Position numbers and translations under genes: made by a program. From Acidimicrobiia bacterium (GTDB lineage: Bacteria; Actinomycetota; Acidimicrobiia; Spongiisociales; UBA5794): a stretch of 64,000 bases of DNA. Position 1 is the first letter of the stretch. Each line of letters opens with the position of its first letter. Shown piece after piece: positions 46,565 to 55,487 of this stretch. The stretch is taken from NCBI GenBank assembly GCA_036985755.1, contig BTQG01000001.1, positions 17,204 through 81,203 of the forward strand, in the 5' to 3' direction. The notes beneath the pieces are model-generated. The model had not been told where the DNA came from, did no database searches, and was given only the letters and a program-made list of their open reading frames with translations.

Positions 46565-46650
46565 CGGGCTCCGTGGGGATCGCGCCCAGAGTACGACTTC
46601 CGTGGACCGAGCGGGGTTTCGCAACTCCCGGCGTGTTACCTTCTGGCTCG

Positions 46651-49311
46651 ATGGACACCGGCGCGCCGATCGGACCGATCTCAGTCCTGTTCACCGATAT
46701 CGAGGGCTCATCGCGGTTGTGGGAGACCCATCCAGGGGCGATGGAAACGGCCCTTGCCGTCCACGACACCATTGTCAGGGATGCGGTGATCGGAGCGGGT
46801 GGCACCGTAGTCAAGGGCACAGGAGACGGCTTCATGGCGGTCTTTCCCAGCCCGATCGACGCTGCCGCCGCTGCCGTCGCAGCCCAGCTTTCACTTCAGA
46901 ACGCCGACTTCGACGCCGTCGAGGGGCTTCTCGTTCGCATGGGGATCCATGTCGGGGAAGCGCGGCCAAGGGAAGGCGACTACTACGGCCCCGCTATCAA
47001 CCGCGCCGCCCGGTTGATGGGTGTCGGGCACGGCGGCCAGATCCTGGTGTCGTCAGCGTTTCGAACGGTCACCACCGATGGGCTGCCATCGGCGGTGAGC
47101 CTGAAGGGCCTGGGTGAGCACCGGCTCAGGGACCTCACCGCACCGGAGCAGGTGTACCAGCTGCTGCACCCGGAGCTGCGGGCCGAGTTTCCTCCACTCA
47201 CCAGCCTGGATTCCTTCCCAAACAACTTGCCCTCGACGCTGCAGAGCTTTGTCGGTCGCAAAGAAGACATCGCCCGCATCACCGACACGCTCGGCGGTGC
47301 CCGGCTGGTCACACTGACCGGGCCCGGAGGAACCGGAAAAACCCGGCTTGCCGCCGAGGTCGCGGCAGCCGCCGTGCGCGATTTCCCCTGGGGGGCATGG
47401 CTGGTAGATCTTGCCCCGCTCGCCGACCCCGCGCTCGTGCCTTCTGCGATCGCCGAATCGATCGGCATCGCCCCCCAACCAGGCCGCTCGGTCGTTGAGA
47501 CATTGATCACGCGCCTCACGGATCGCGGCATGTTGATCATCCTCGACAGCTGTGAGCACTTGCTCGAGGCAGCAGCCGGGACCACACGGCAGCTGCTCGA
47601 GAACTGTCCGACCGTCAAGATCGTGGCGACGAGCAGGGAACGGCTCGGACTTGCCGGCGAGCACGTCTTCGTCGTAAAACCGCTGTCGTGGCCGACGACG
47701 ACGGATCCGACTGCCGAAGCGCTGCTCGCCTACGAAGCCGCCGAGCTGTTCGCAGACAGGGCTCGGGAGGCGAACTCAGACTGGGTGCTCGACGATGTTT
47801 CGGCGCCCCACGTCGCCCGCATCTGCGCTGCCGTCGAGGGCATACCCCTGGCCATCGAGCTGGCGGCGGCTCGCACCCGCGTCCTCACCGTCGCTCAGAT
47901 CGCCGACCGCCTCGATCAGCAACTTGCCCTGCTCGGCGGGTACTCGGGTGGAGAGGATCGTCACCATGCCTTGCGCGCCACAATCGACTGGAGCTACGAC
48001 CTGATGAGCGATGAGGAGCGCCGTCTGTTCCGCCGGTTGTCGGTGTTTCGGGGCGGCGCCGACTTCGAAGCAATCGAGGCAACCGCAGAGGCTGAAGACA
48101 CGCTGCTCGACGCACTCGACGGCCTGGTCTCCAAGTCGATGATCCTCGCCGAGGAAGCGCCAAGCGGAATGCGGTACCGACTCCTGGAACCGTTGCGCCA
48201 ATATGCCGCCGACCAGCTCACCGATCAAGGAGAAGAAGCAGGCGCCTTCGCCCAGCACTGGACATGGTTCGACCGATTCGCCAGGGACTCGGAACGCGGA
48301 GTCCGTGGCCCCGACCAGCTCGAGTGGCTGGCCCGCACCGAGATCGACTACGACAATCTCAGAGCCGCCCTGTCCAGAGCGTATGAGGCCGATGAGATCG
48401 GAACCTGCATGTCGCTCGCCGGATCGCTGTCGTGGTTCATGTTCCTCCACTCACATATCCAGGATTGGGATCTGTGGTTGCCTCGACTGCTCGACAGGGG
48501 ACACACCGCCGAACCGCGCATGCTGGCCAGACTCCTGCTCAGCGCCGCACAGTACGCATGGGAATTGGCGCGTATGGAGGAGGCGGAGACCCACGCCACC
48601 CGCGCCCTGGATCTGGCCGAGGCCATGGGCTCGGACACGCTGCAAGCCTGGGCGCACACCTACCTCGCCCTGATCGGCATCCTCGGTCTCAATATCGCCA
48701 TGGCCGATGACCATCTCGATAGTGCCGAGCCGATCTTCCAGGGCAAGGGCAACCTGGCAGGCATCGGCTACGTGATGTGGGTCCGCGCCTTTGTCGGCCT
48801 GTTGCGTCTCGGCGATGATGAGGCAACCACCACCGAGGATTCGTGGGTGCTCGAGACGATGCAGATCGTGGTGGAGGGGGCCCGCCGGCGCGGGGATCGC
48901 AACCTGCTCGGCCATACGCTCTGGACCTCAGCAGAGGTGGCCCGCCTCGGCGGGGACACAGAAACCGCATGGGCCCAGAACGCAGAGGCCAGCGCAGCCC
49001 TCTACGAGTTGGGCAATCACTACTGCCTGGCCCACAACCTGTTGTCCGCTGCCGGCATCGCCTTATCCGGAGATGAGGTAGCCAAGGCGGCGACGCTGCT
49101 ATCGGCCTCACACAGTCTCAAGGAGCGTCTTGGCGTGACCGGCCCTCCCCTCGAGATCGAGTGGTCCGAGCGAGTCCGTGCCGACATCGAGCAACACCTC
49201 GACGAGGCGGCGTTCGCCGAAGCGTGGGAGCAGGGACAGCGGCTCGCCATTGCCGCTGTTGTAGGCCTTGCGACCAAGAGTCTCCGCAAGGATTCCTCAA
49301 CACCCTCGTAG
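46651..49311 (+). CDS. Class III adenylate/guanylate cyclase fused to STAND-type NTPase and TPR-like repeats
   Basis: Start re-picked at ATG 46651. Cyclase motifs VLFTDIEGSS, GDGFMAVF, GPAINRAARL. Walker A LTGPGGTGKTRLA. Long helical-repeat C-terminus. Confidence 0.85.
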   Translation: MDTGAPIGPISVLFTDIEGSSRLWETHPGAMETALAVHDTIVRDAVIGAGGTVVKGTGDGFMAVFPSPIDAAAAAVAAQLSLQNADFDAVEGLLVRMGIHVGEARPREGDYYGPAINRAARLMGVGHGGQILVSSAFRTVTTDGLPSAVSLKGLGEHRLRDLTAPEQVYQLLHPELRAEFPPLTSLDSFPNNLPSTLQSFVGRKEDIARITDTLGGARLVTLTGPGGTGKTRLAAEVAAAAVRDFPWGAWLVDLAPLADPALVPSAIAESIGIAPQPGRSVVETLITRLTDRGMLIILDSCEHLLEAAAGTTRQLLENCPTVKIVATSRERLGLAGEHVFVVKPLSWPTTTDPTAEALLAYEAAELFADRAREANSDWVLDDVSAPHVARICAAVEGIPLAIELAAARTRVLTVAQIADRLDQQLALLGGYSGGEDRHHALRATIDWSYDLMSDEERRLFRRLSVFRGGADFEAIEATAEAEDTLLDALDGLVSKSMILAEEAPSGMRYRLLEPLRQYAADQLTDQGEEAGAFAQHWTWFDRFARDSERGVRGPDQLEWLARTEIDYDNLRAALSRAYEADEIGTCMSLAGSLSWFMFLHSHIQDWDLWLPRLLDRGHTAEPRMLARLLLSAAQYAWELARMEEAETHATRALDLAEAMGSDTLQAWAHTYLALIGILGLNIAMADDHLDSAEPIFQGKGNLAGIGYVMWVRAFVGLLRLGDDEATTTEDSWVLETMQIVVEGARRRGDRNLLGHTLWTSAEVARLGGDTETAWAQNAEASAALYELGNHYCLAHNLLSAAGIALSGDEVAKAATLLSASHSLKERLGVTGPPLEIEWSERVRADIEQHLDEAAFAEAWEQGQRLAIAAVVGLATKSLRKDSSTPS

Positions 49312-49423
49312 GAGGGTGCTGTGCAATCCTCCAGCGGGCCGTCGCGGTCGGGAGAAACCGAGTCACCGCAGCACTCGAGCGAGCGACGGCCCGTAACACT
49401 CGTCATTGTTCAGCACCCTCCTA
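49309..49423. terminator. Nested inverted repeats spanning both convergent stop codons
   Basis: TAGGAGGGTGCTG 49309-49321 and its exact complement CAGCACCCTCCTA 49411-49423; each arm includes a TAG stop. Inner 10-bp pair GGGCCGTCGC 49336-49345 / GCGACGGCCC 49383-49392. Confidence 0.6.
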
Positions 49424-50593
49424 GAGCCGCCCCAGGGCCTTCCTGAGACCCCGGACCGCCTGAGCGATCCGCTGGTCGTTCTCGACGAGAGCGAAACGAA
49501 CATGGCCATCCCCCGATGGTCCAAAGCCCACTCCGGGGCTCACCGTCACCTGCCCCTGATCGAGCAGATGGAGGGCGAACTTGAGCGAGCCCATGTCCCG
49601 GTACGGCTCAGGGATTGGCGCCCAGACGAACATGGTGGCGTCCGGTTTGTCGATCTCCCACCCGAATCGGGCGAGGCCGTCGACGAGGATGTCGCGCCTC
49701 CGCTCATACGTGGACACGACCTCCGTCACATAGTCATCGCATTCGTTGAGGGCAATGATCGAAGCGATCTGGATGGGCTGAAAGGTGCCGTAGTCGAGGT
49801 AGGACTTGAGCTGAGCGAGGGCGGCGATCATCTCGTGGTTCCCGACTACGAATCCGACCCTCCATCCTGCCATCGAATGACTCTTGGACAGCGTGTACAA
49901 CTCGACGCCGACCTCCTTGGCCCCTGGCACCTGGAGCAGGCTGGGCGGCTGGTAGCCGGCGTAGGAGATGTCGGCGTAAGCAAAGTCGTGCACGAGCATC
50001 GTCCCGTGCTCGTGGGCAAAGGCCACGAGGCGCTCGAAGAACCCGGCGTCGACGGTGGCCGTCGTCGGGTTGTGGGGGAACGAAGTCACGATGACCCGCG
50101 GCTTGGGCCGGCTGTTGTGGAAGACCTCGGTCAACCGCTCGAAGAAGTCGGCGCCGGTCGAGAGATGGACGCGTCGCACGTCGGCACCGGCGAGAACGGC
50201 GGCATAGATGTGGATCGGATAGGAGGGCTCCGGCACCAGGGCGACATCGCCGGGCTGGACCAGCGCCCACATCAGGTGCGACAGCCCCTCCTTGGCTCCG
50301 ATGGTGTTGATCACCTCGGTTTCCGGATCGAGCTCGACACCGTGGCGACGCAGGTAGCGATCGGAGACCGCCTTGCGCAGGTTTGGCAGCCCTTTCGACG
50401 CCGAGTAGGCGTGGTTCTTCGGGTTCCTGGCGGCCTCGACCAACTTGTCGACCACCACCGGCGGTGAGGGGATGTCGGGATTCCCGAAGCCGAGATCGAT
50501 GACGTCCACCCCCGCTCGCCGCACGTCGAGGCTGCGGTGGTTGACCTCGGCCAACGCGTACGGGGGAAGCCCGTCGATCCTGCGGAACTTCAT
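49421..50593 (-). CDS. Class I/II pyridoxal-phosphate aminotransferase (alanine/aspartate aminotransferase-like)
   Basis: MKFRRIDGLPPYALAEV, NPDIPSP, SKSHSMAGWRVG (PLP Lys). Start ATG 50593 or ATG 50623; the tracked 527-aa ORF is over-extended. Confidence 0.9.
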   Translation of the reverse strand: MKFRRIDGLPPYALAEVNHRSLDVRRAGVDVIDLGFGNPDIPSPPVVVDKLVEAARNPKNHAYSASKGLPNLRKAVSDRYLRRHGVELDPETEVINTIGAKEGLSHLMWALVQPGDVALVPEPSYPIHIYAAVLAGADVRRVHLSTGADFFERLTEVFHNSRPKPRVIVTSFPHNPTTATVDAGFFERLVAFAHEHGTMLVHDFAYADISYAGYQPPSLLQVPGAKEVGVELYTLSKSHSMAGWRVGFVVGNHEMIAALAQLKSYLDYGTFQPIQIASIIALNECDDYVTEVVSTYERRRDILVDGLARFGWEIDKPDATMFVWAPIPEPYRDMGSLKFALHLLDQGQVTVSPGVGFGPSGDGHVRFALVENDQRIAQAVRGLRKALGRL

Positions 50594-50649
50594 CGCCCGA
50601 AGGCTAGGTGTTCCCTCGACCATGGCCGAGCATCGTTGCGCCCTACGTA

Positions 50650-51048
50650 CTATCCAGGCAGCATCTTGCGCAGCGGTTTCGGGATGATCTCTGCTCCCAT
50701 CTCGGCGGCGGTCAGGATGAGCTCCAGCGAGACGTCCGAGCCGTCCCAATGCTCGGCGACGATCTCGGGCCCTGCGGAGTCGATGAGATGCTGAATGGCC
50801 ACTGCGGACAGGATGATGTCGTCGAGTTGTCCGAAGCCGATGACGAAGTCGGGGATCAGGTCGATCGGGGAGAGAACGTACACGAGCACGGCACCGCTGA
50901 ACGCCTTGGCTCGCACCGGAACTCGGGGATCCCTCACGATGCGCGCCAGAAGCTTGATCACGTTGGGGAGCAGCAACACCGCTTCGCGGACCCTGGCTCT
51001 CCATTCTTCGCGCTGCAGGTCGCTCGGACCGACCGATACCGGTTTCAT
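50650..51048 (-). CDS. DUF1232 (YkvA-like) membrane protein
   Basis: YVLSPIDLIPDFVIGFGQLDDIIL motif; ATGA overlap with the ROK gene stop. Confidence 0.8.
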   Translation of the reverse strand: MKPVSVGPSDLQREEWRARVREAVLLLPNVIKLLARIVRDPRVPVRAKAFSGAVLVYVLSPIDLIPDFVIGFGQLDDIILSAVAIQHLIDSAGPEIVAEHWDGSDVSLELILTAAEMGAEIIPKPLRKMLPG

Positions 51049-51962
51049 CGTGCTCCCTCTGTTGCCATCACCGCCGCCCCGATGGCTCCTGCGTCCGGGC
51101 CCAATCCGGCGACCAAGATGGGTGGGAGCAGACGGTGGTTGCCACCGTGCAGCCCCTCAGCCGCTACCCGCCGCGCCGGACCCAGCAGTGCCTCCCCGAC
51201 GGAGCCCAGACCGCCGCCGACGACGATCAGCTCGGGGTCGAAGATCGCTATCAGGCTACCCAGGCCCCGGCCGAACTCCGATCCCACCTGGGCGACCAGC
51301 CCGCGGGCGACCTCGTCTCCCGCGTCGGCAACTGCGGTGACGTTCTCGCCGGAGAACGCGCCGGTTCCGATCCGGGTGGCGAACGCACCCTCCGGGTTGA
51401 GCATGATGACCTCGCGTGCGAGACGGACCAGGGCCGGGCCGGAGGCAACGGTCTCCCAGCATCCTCGCTTGCCGCAGTCACACAGCATGCCACCGGTGTC
51501 GTAGACCATGTGCCCGAACTCGCCGGCGAACGACTGGCCGCGATAGACCGCTCCTCCGGTGACGATCCCTCCGCCGACACCGGTGCCCAGCGTGAGCATG
51601 AGGAAGTCATCGTGCCCGACGGCGGCCCCGACTCGGAGCTCCCCGAAGGCGGCAACATTGGCGTCGTTGTCCACGACCACCGGCACCCCGAGCTCACCTT
51701 CGAGGGTCTTCCGAACCGGGATGTCCTCCCCCCCGAGATGCGGCCCCCAGGCAAAACTTCCTTCCGGCCATCGAACCAGGCCGGCGAGCCCGACACCGAC
51801 GGCTTCGACATCATCGGTCCACAGCCGGCGTGCGGTATCGGCGGCGGCAGCGACGAAACCGCCATCGCCGACGCTTCCAGAGCTGCGCTCACCGACCGCC
51901 CCGCCTTCGAAGCGGACACCCCTGGTGTTGGTGCCCCCGATGTCGATACCGATCGTTGCCAT
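51045..51962 (-). CDS. ROK-family sugar kinase (glucokinase-like)
   Basis: IGIDIGGTNTRG ATP motif; ROK zinc motif CDCGKRGCWE. Confidence 0.9.
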   Translation of the reverse strand: MATIGIDIGGTNTRGVRFEGGAVGERSSGSVGDGGFVAAAADTARRLWTDDVEAVGVGLAGLVRWPEGSFAWGPHLGGEDIPVRKTLEGELGVPVVVDNDANVAAFGELRVGAAVGHDDFLMLTLGTGVGGGIVTGGAVYRGQSFAGEFGHMVYDTGGMLCDCGKRGCWETVASGPALVRLAREVIMLNPEGAFATRIGTGAFSGENVTAVADAGDEVARGLVAQVGSEFGRGLGSLIAIFDPELIVVGGGLGSVGEALLGPARRVAAEGLHGGNHRLLPPILVAGLGPDAGAIGAAVMATEGAR

Positions 51963-52049
51963 GACGGTCGCAGGCTATCAGTCGACGCCGGGAACCCTGT
52001 AGGTCGTGCCGAGCGTCCCAGCACGAGAGCCCCAACCGGAGGTACGAAG

Positions 52050-54035
52050 ATGCGTCGGATCGTCACCGCAGCCATCGTCGGAGCAACCGTTCTCGCTGCT
52101 TGCAGTGGGGGTACGGGCGTCGTACCCGGCTCGCTCCCATCCCCGACGACGGAGCCCGTACCACCGACCATCATTCGTCCTCCTTCTGTCACCGCCTCGA
52201 GGGCCCTCATGCCGTTCGCCGCCTGTACCGATCTCGTCGATTGGGCGGTGGAAAACGCCATCGACCTCGTCGGTCCGTATGGGCTCAACGGCGGCGGTTA
52301 TCTCCCATACGCAGTCTTCGAAGGAGACGGGCTCACCACGATGGCTGCCGCCGAGTCCTCCGACGCCGCCAGCCAGTTCCGGGCAGGACCGGAGGTGATC
52401 GGCACCAATCTCCAGGAGCTGGGGATCGACGAACCGGACCTGGTCAAGACCGACGGCCGTCGCATCGTGGTGATGACGGGGAACACGCTGCGGGTCGTGC
52501 TCGTCGAGGACGACAACCTGACCCTGGCAGGGTCGATCGATCTCGGCTTCTGGTCGAATGATCTCTTCCTGGACGGCGACCGCGTGCTGGCGATTGCTAC
52601 CAGCAGCTTTGGTTTCACGCCCATCTTCGAAGAAGGTGTCGCCGACAGCATCGCCCCCTACCAGAGCCCCGTCATGACCGTCGTCGAGATCGACATCGCC
52701 GACCCCGCCGACCCCGAACTGAAACGGAGCCTCCAGATCGATGGCCGCTACGTCTCATCACGAATGGTCGACGGCGCCATCCGACTCGTCGTGTCGTCGC
52801 AGCCGACCGGTTTTGCATGGGAGACCCCTGAGGGAAGCGGCCTCCGCGCCGAGCGGGAAGCCGAGGAGAAGAACCGCGACCTTGTGCGCAATTCGACCGC
52901 GGACAACTGGCTGCCGTACTTCGTGCTCACCGATCTCGACGGTGTCGACACCACCGTCGCCGAGGGCACGCTGCTCGACTGTGACCGCACCCACCGGCCC
53001 GATGTGTTCTCCGGGCTCACCACGCTGTCCCTGGTCACCCTCGACGCCGACGAGCTTTCCATCGCGGACGCCACTGCCGTGTTCGCCGATGGCGAAATCG
53101 TGTATTCATCCGACAACGCCACCTATGTCGCCACCTCGCGGTGGATCGACCCGATCGTCTGGCAGCGCGGAGAGCAACCCGAAGACACCACGACCATGAT
53201 CCACAAGTTCACCCTCGGCCCCCGCAGCGCCGATTACCGGGCGTCCGGCGCCGTGCCCGGCTACATGCTGAGCCAGTGGTCGATGTCCGAATGGCAGGGC
53301 GACCTACGCGTCGCCTCGACCGATTCACCTCAGTGGTGGGAAACACCCGAGTCCGATTCCATCGTGACTGTGCTGCGCGACACCGGCGACGAGCTCGAAA
53401 CCATCGGCAGCGTCGATGGCCTCGGGCGTGGAGAGCGCATCTACGCCGTCCGGTTCGTCAAGGACCGCGGCTACGTCGTGACCTTTCGCCAGGTCGACCC
53501 GCTGTATGTGATCGACCTGTCCGATCCCCGCCGGCCAACGGTCGAAGGCGAGCTCAAGATCCACGGGTACTCCGCCTACCTGCACCCGGTGAACGACGAC
53601 CTGTTGTTAGGAGTGGGCCAGGATGCCGACCACAACGGTCGGGTAACGGGGCTGCAGGCGTCGCTGTTCGACGTGGCTGATCCGCAGCAACCGGAGCGGA
53701 CCGATCAATTCACCATGCCCGGCGCAGATTCCGAACTGCAGTGGGATCCCCACGCCTTCTTGTTCAATCCGGCCGACGGCCTCACCGTCATCCCGTTCCA
53801 ACGGTGGGACGAGCGCTACGAGCAGGCACAGGCCGGTGCCCTCGTGTTCAAGGTCACCGCATCGGGGATCCGGGAGATCGGAATCGTCAGCCATGACACC
53901 AAAGCCAACCGGGGGTGGCAGATGCCGGTTCGCCGATCACTGCTCATCGACGGCAAGCTGGTAACCGTTTCCGAGGCCGGAGTGATGATGTCGGCATCGG
54001 ACACCCTCGACACGCTGGACTGGGTGGAGTTCTAG
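52050..54035 (+). CDS. Secreted lipoprotein with C-terminal beta-propeller domain (Beta_propel-type family)
   Basis: Start re-picked at ATG 52050 behind GGAGG; lipobox VLAAC; YAVRFVKDRGYVVTFRQVDPLYVIDLSDPRRPTVEGELKIHGYSAYLHPV matches my memory of that family. Confidence 0.8.
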   Translation: MRRIVTAAIVGATVLAACSGGTGVVPGSLPSPTTEPVPPTIIRPPSVTASRALMPFAACTDLVDWAVENAIDLVGPYGLNGGGYLPYAVFEGDGLTTMAAAESSDAASQFRAGPEVIGTNLQELGIDEPDLVKTDGRRIVVMTGNTLRVVLVEDDNLTLAGSIDLGFWSNDLFLDGDRVLAIATSSFGFTPIFEEGVADSIAPYQSPVMTVVEIDIADPADPELKRSLQIDGRYVSSRMVDGAIRLVVSSQPTGFAWETPEGSGLRAEREAEEKNRDLVRNSTADNWLPYFVLTDLDGVDTTVAEGTLLDCDRTHRPDVFSGLTTLSLVTLDADELSIADATAVFADGEIVYSSDNATYVATSRWIDPIVWQRGEQPEDTTTMIHKFTLGPRSADYRASGAVPGYMLSQWSMSEWQGDLRVASTDSPQWWETPESDSIVTVLRDTGDELETIGSVDGLGRGERIYAVRFVKDRGYVVTFRQVDPLYVIDLSDPRRPTVEGELKIHGYSAYLHPVNDDLLLGVGQDADHNGRVTGLQASLFDVADPQQPERTDQFTMPGADSELQWDPHAFLFNPADGLTVIPFQRWDERYEQAQAGALVFKVTASGIREIGIVSHDTKANRGWQMPVRRSLLIDGKLVTVSEAGVMMSASDTLDTLDWVEF

Positions 54036-54039
54036 GAGG

Positions 54040-54108
54040 GAGTCTTCAGTCAGAAGAGTCTTCAGTCAGAAGAGTCTTCAGTCAGAAAGGACTGATGACT
54101 GAAGACTC
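54040..54108. terminator. 3 x 16-mer tandem repeat plus inverted 12-mer (multi-register hairpin, probable bidirectional terminator)
   Basis: GAGTCTTCAGTCAGAA at 54040, 54056 and 54072; GACTGAAGACTC at 54097-54108 is the reverse complement of the unit core; sits between convergent genes. Confidence 0.75.
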
Positions 54109-54132
54109 ACGACTGACGACTTCCAACCCGAG

Positions 54133-54318
54133 TTACTCCACATCGATCCGTACCGGGCCTGTTGTCCCCTCGTCGTCGTCGCCCCCGTCGCTGTTGACGA
54201 TCTCGTCGATGAAGGCGCCGATCCCCGCCGCTATCTCGTATCCGGCCTTGGCCAGATGCACTCCGGCTCGTTTCAAACCGGCGACGACCGTCTGTGGATC
54301 GGGCAAGCCATCCAACAT
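54133..54318 (-). CDS. Small acidic protein (61 aa), unknown function, coupled to the ArsA-like gene
   Basis: ATG shares one base with the upstream TGA (TGATG at 54316-54320); coding-like codon usage; amphipathic N-half, DGGDDDEG acidic tail; TAA stop. Confidence 0.5.
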   Translation of the reverse strand: MLDGLPDPQTVVAGLKRAGVHLAKAGYEIAAGIGAFIDEIVNSDGGDDDEGTTGPVRIDVE

Positions 54319-55487
54319 CAGGTGTCGATCCCGAAGGTGACCCGCAGCTCTCCATCGGAGAGGCTGGCTCGTCGCACGTGACGCCGCTTCAGCGAATCGG
54401 GCAGGGCAATCGATCGACGGTACTGGCCAACGGTCACGATCAGCTCGTGGTCGTGTCGCACCAGGTCGAGCTCATCGCGCTCGGCGAAGGGCATCCCGAC
54501 GATGAGTACCACGTCGTCGCCCTCGTCTTCGACGCGGAACGGCCGGCCCTCCGACAATCGTTTGGTCGGATCGACATCGCCGTACAGCTCGTCTCCGACC
54601 ACCCGCAACCGATCGATGCCGATCATCTCCTCGTCGAACAGGCGCAGCTGGCGAATATCGACGTCGGCGAATCCCTCGGCAATAACCTCGAGGTGACCCT
54701 TTTGGATCTGCCGCCACTGGGCAAAATACGGGTCGGTGACGGTCTCGGGGAGGACCCGGTTGACGATCGCCGAGTCGACCGAGTAGCCGAACAGCCCGAG
54801 ATAGGTGTAGGTCCGCTTCGCCTCTGCGATCACCATCTTCTCCGGGTTCATCACCAGACGAGCCGTGGTGATGTCTGGATCGGAGAGAATCTCGCGGATC
54901 CCGTCGAGGCGGTCGTAAAACATCGCCACGGTGTCGAACACCTTGTCGTCGGCAATCGGCAGCGTCGACATCCGGCTGAGCACCGGCCTGACCACCTTGG
55001 CGACCTGCTTGCTGATCGGGAACAATTTGTCCATGTACCACGACATGACATCGGGCAGACTGAGCAGGCGAAGGGTCTCGGCGGTCGGGGCGCAGTCGAC
55101 CACGATCACGTCGTAGTTCCCTGATTCGACATGGTCCCGCACCGTTGCCAGCGAGAACAGCTCGTCCATGCCGGGGAACACGGTTAGCTCCTCGGCCTCA
55201 ACCCCTTCAAGGCCCGACCAGTCGAACACCTGGGTCAGGTAGTCGCGCACCGGCCCCCACGACTCTTCGAGGCGCAGCTGTGAGTCGATTTGTTGGGCAT
55301 CCAGGTTGTCGATCACCGACGTCTCGGCGTCTCCCAGCTTGACCTGGAAGGCATCGGCCAGCGAATGGGCGGGGTCGGTCGACATCACCAGCGTGCGATA
55401 GCCGAGGTCGGCGGAGCGGATCGCCGTCGCCGCAGAAACGGTGGTCTTACCGACACCCCCCTTCCCTGTGATGAGCATGACCCGCAT
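54318..55487 (-). CDS. ArsA/Get3-like ATPase with C-terminal HSP20-like domain
   Basis: ITGKGGVGKTTVSAATA, MSTDPAHSL, VVDCAPTAETLRLL. The C-terminal about 80 aa (HDHELIVTVGQYRRSIALPDSL...ASLSDGELRVTF) resembles the ArsA_HSP20 beta-sandwich. Confidence 0.9.
   Translation of the reverse strand: MRVMLITGKGGVGKTTVSAATAIRSADLGYRTLVMSTDPAHSLADAFQVKLGDAETSVIDNLDAQQIDSQLRLEESWGPVRDYLTQVFDWSGLEGVEAEELTVFPGMDELFSLATVRDHVESGNYDVIVVDCAPTAETLRLLSLPDVMSWYMDKLFPISKQVAKVVRPVLSRMSTLPIADDKVFDTVAMFYDRLDGIREILSDPDITTARLVMNPEKMVIAEAKRTYTYLGLFGYSVDSAIVNRVLPETVTDPYFAQWRQIQKGHLEVIAEGFADVDIRQLRLFDEEMIGIDRLRVVGDELYGDVDPTKRLSEGRPFRVEDEGDDVVLIVGMPFAERDELDLVRHDHELIVTVGQYRRSIALPDSLKRRHVRRASLSDGELRVTFGIDT

Noticed and set aside
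49020-49406. 128-aa minus ORF starting at an ATG preceded by AGGAGGG within the inverted-repeat arm
   Set aside because: Antisense to the well-supported cyclase C-terminus, with R/S/A/P-rich low-complexity sequence. The SD-like sequence is part of the palindromic arm. A mirror 41-codon plus-strand ORF from GTG 49321 was rejected likewise.
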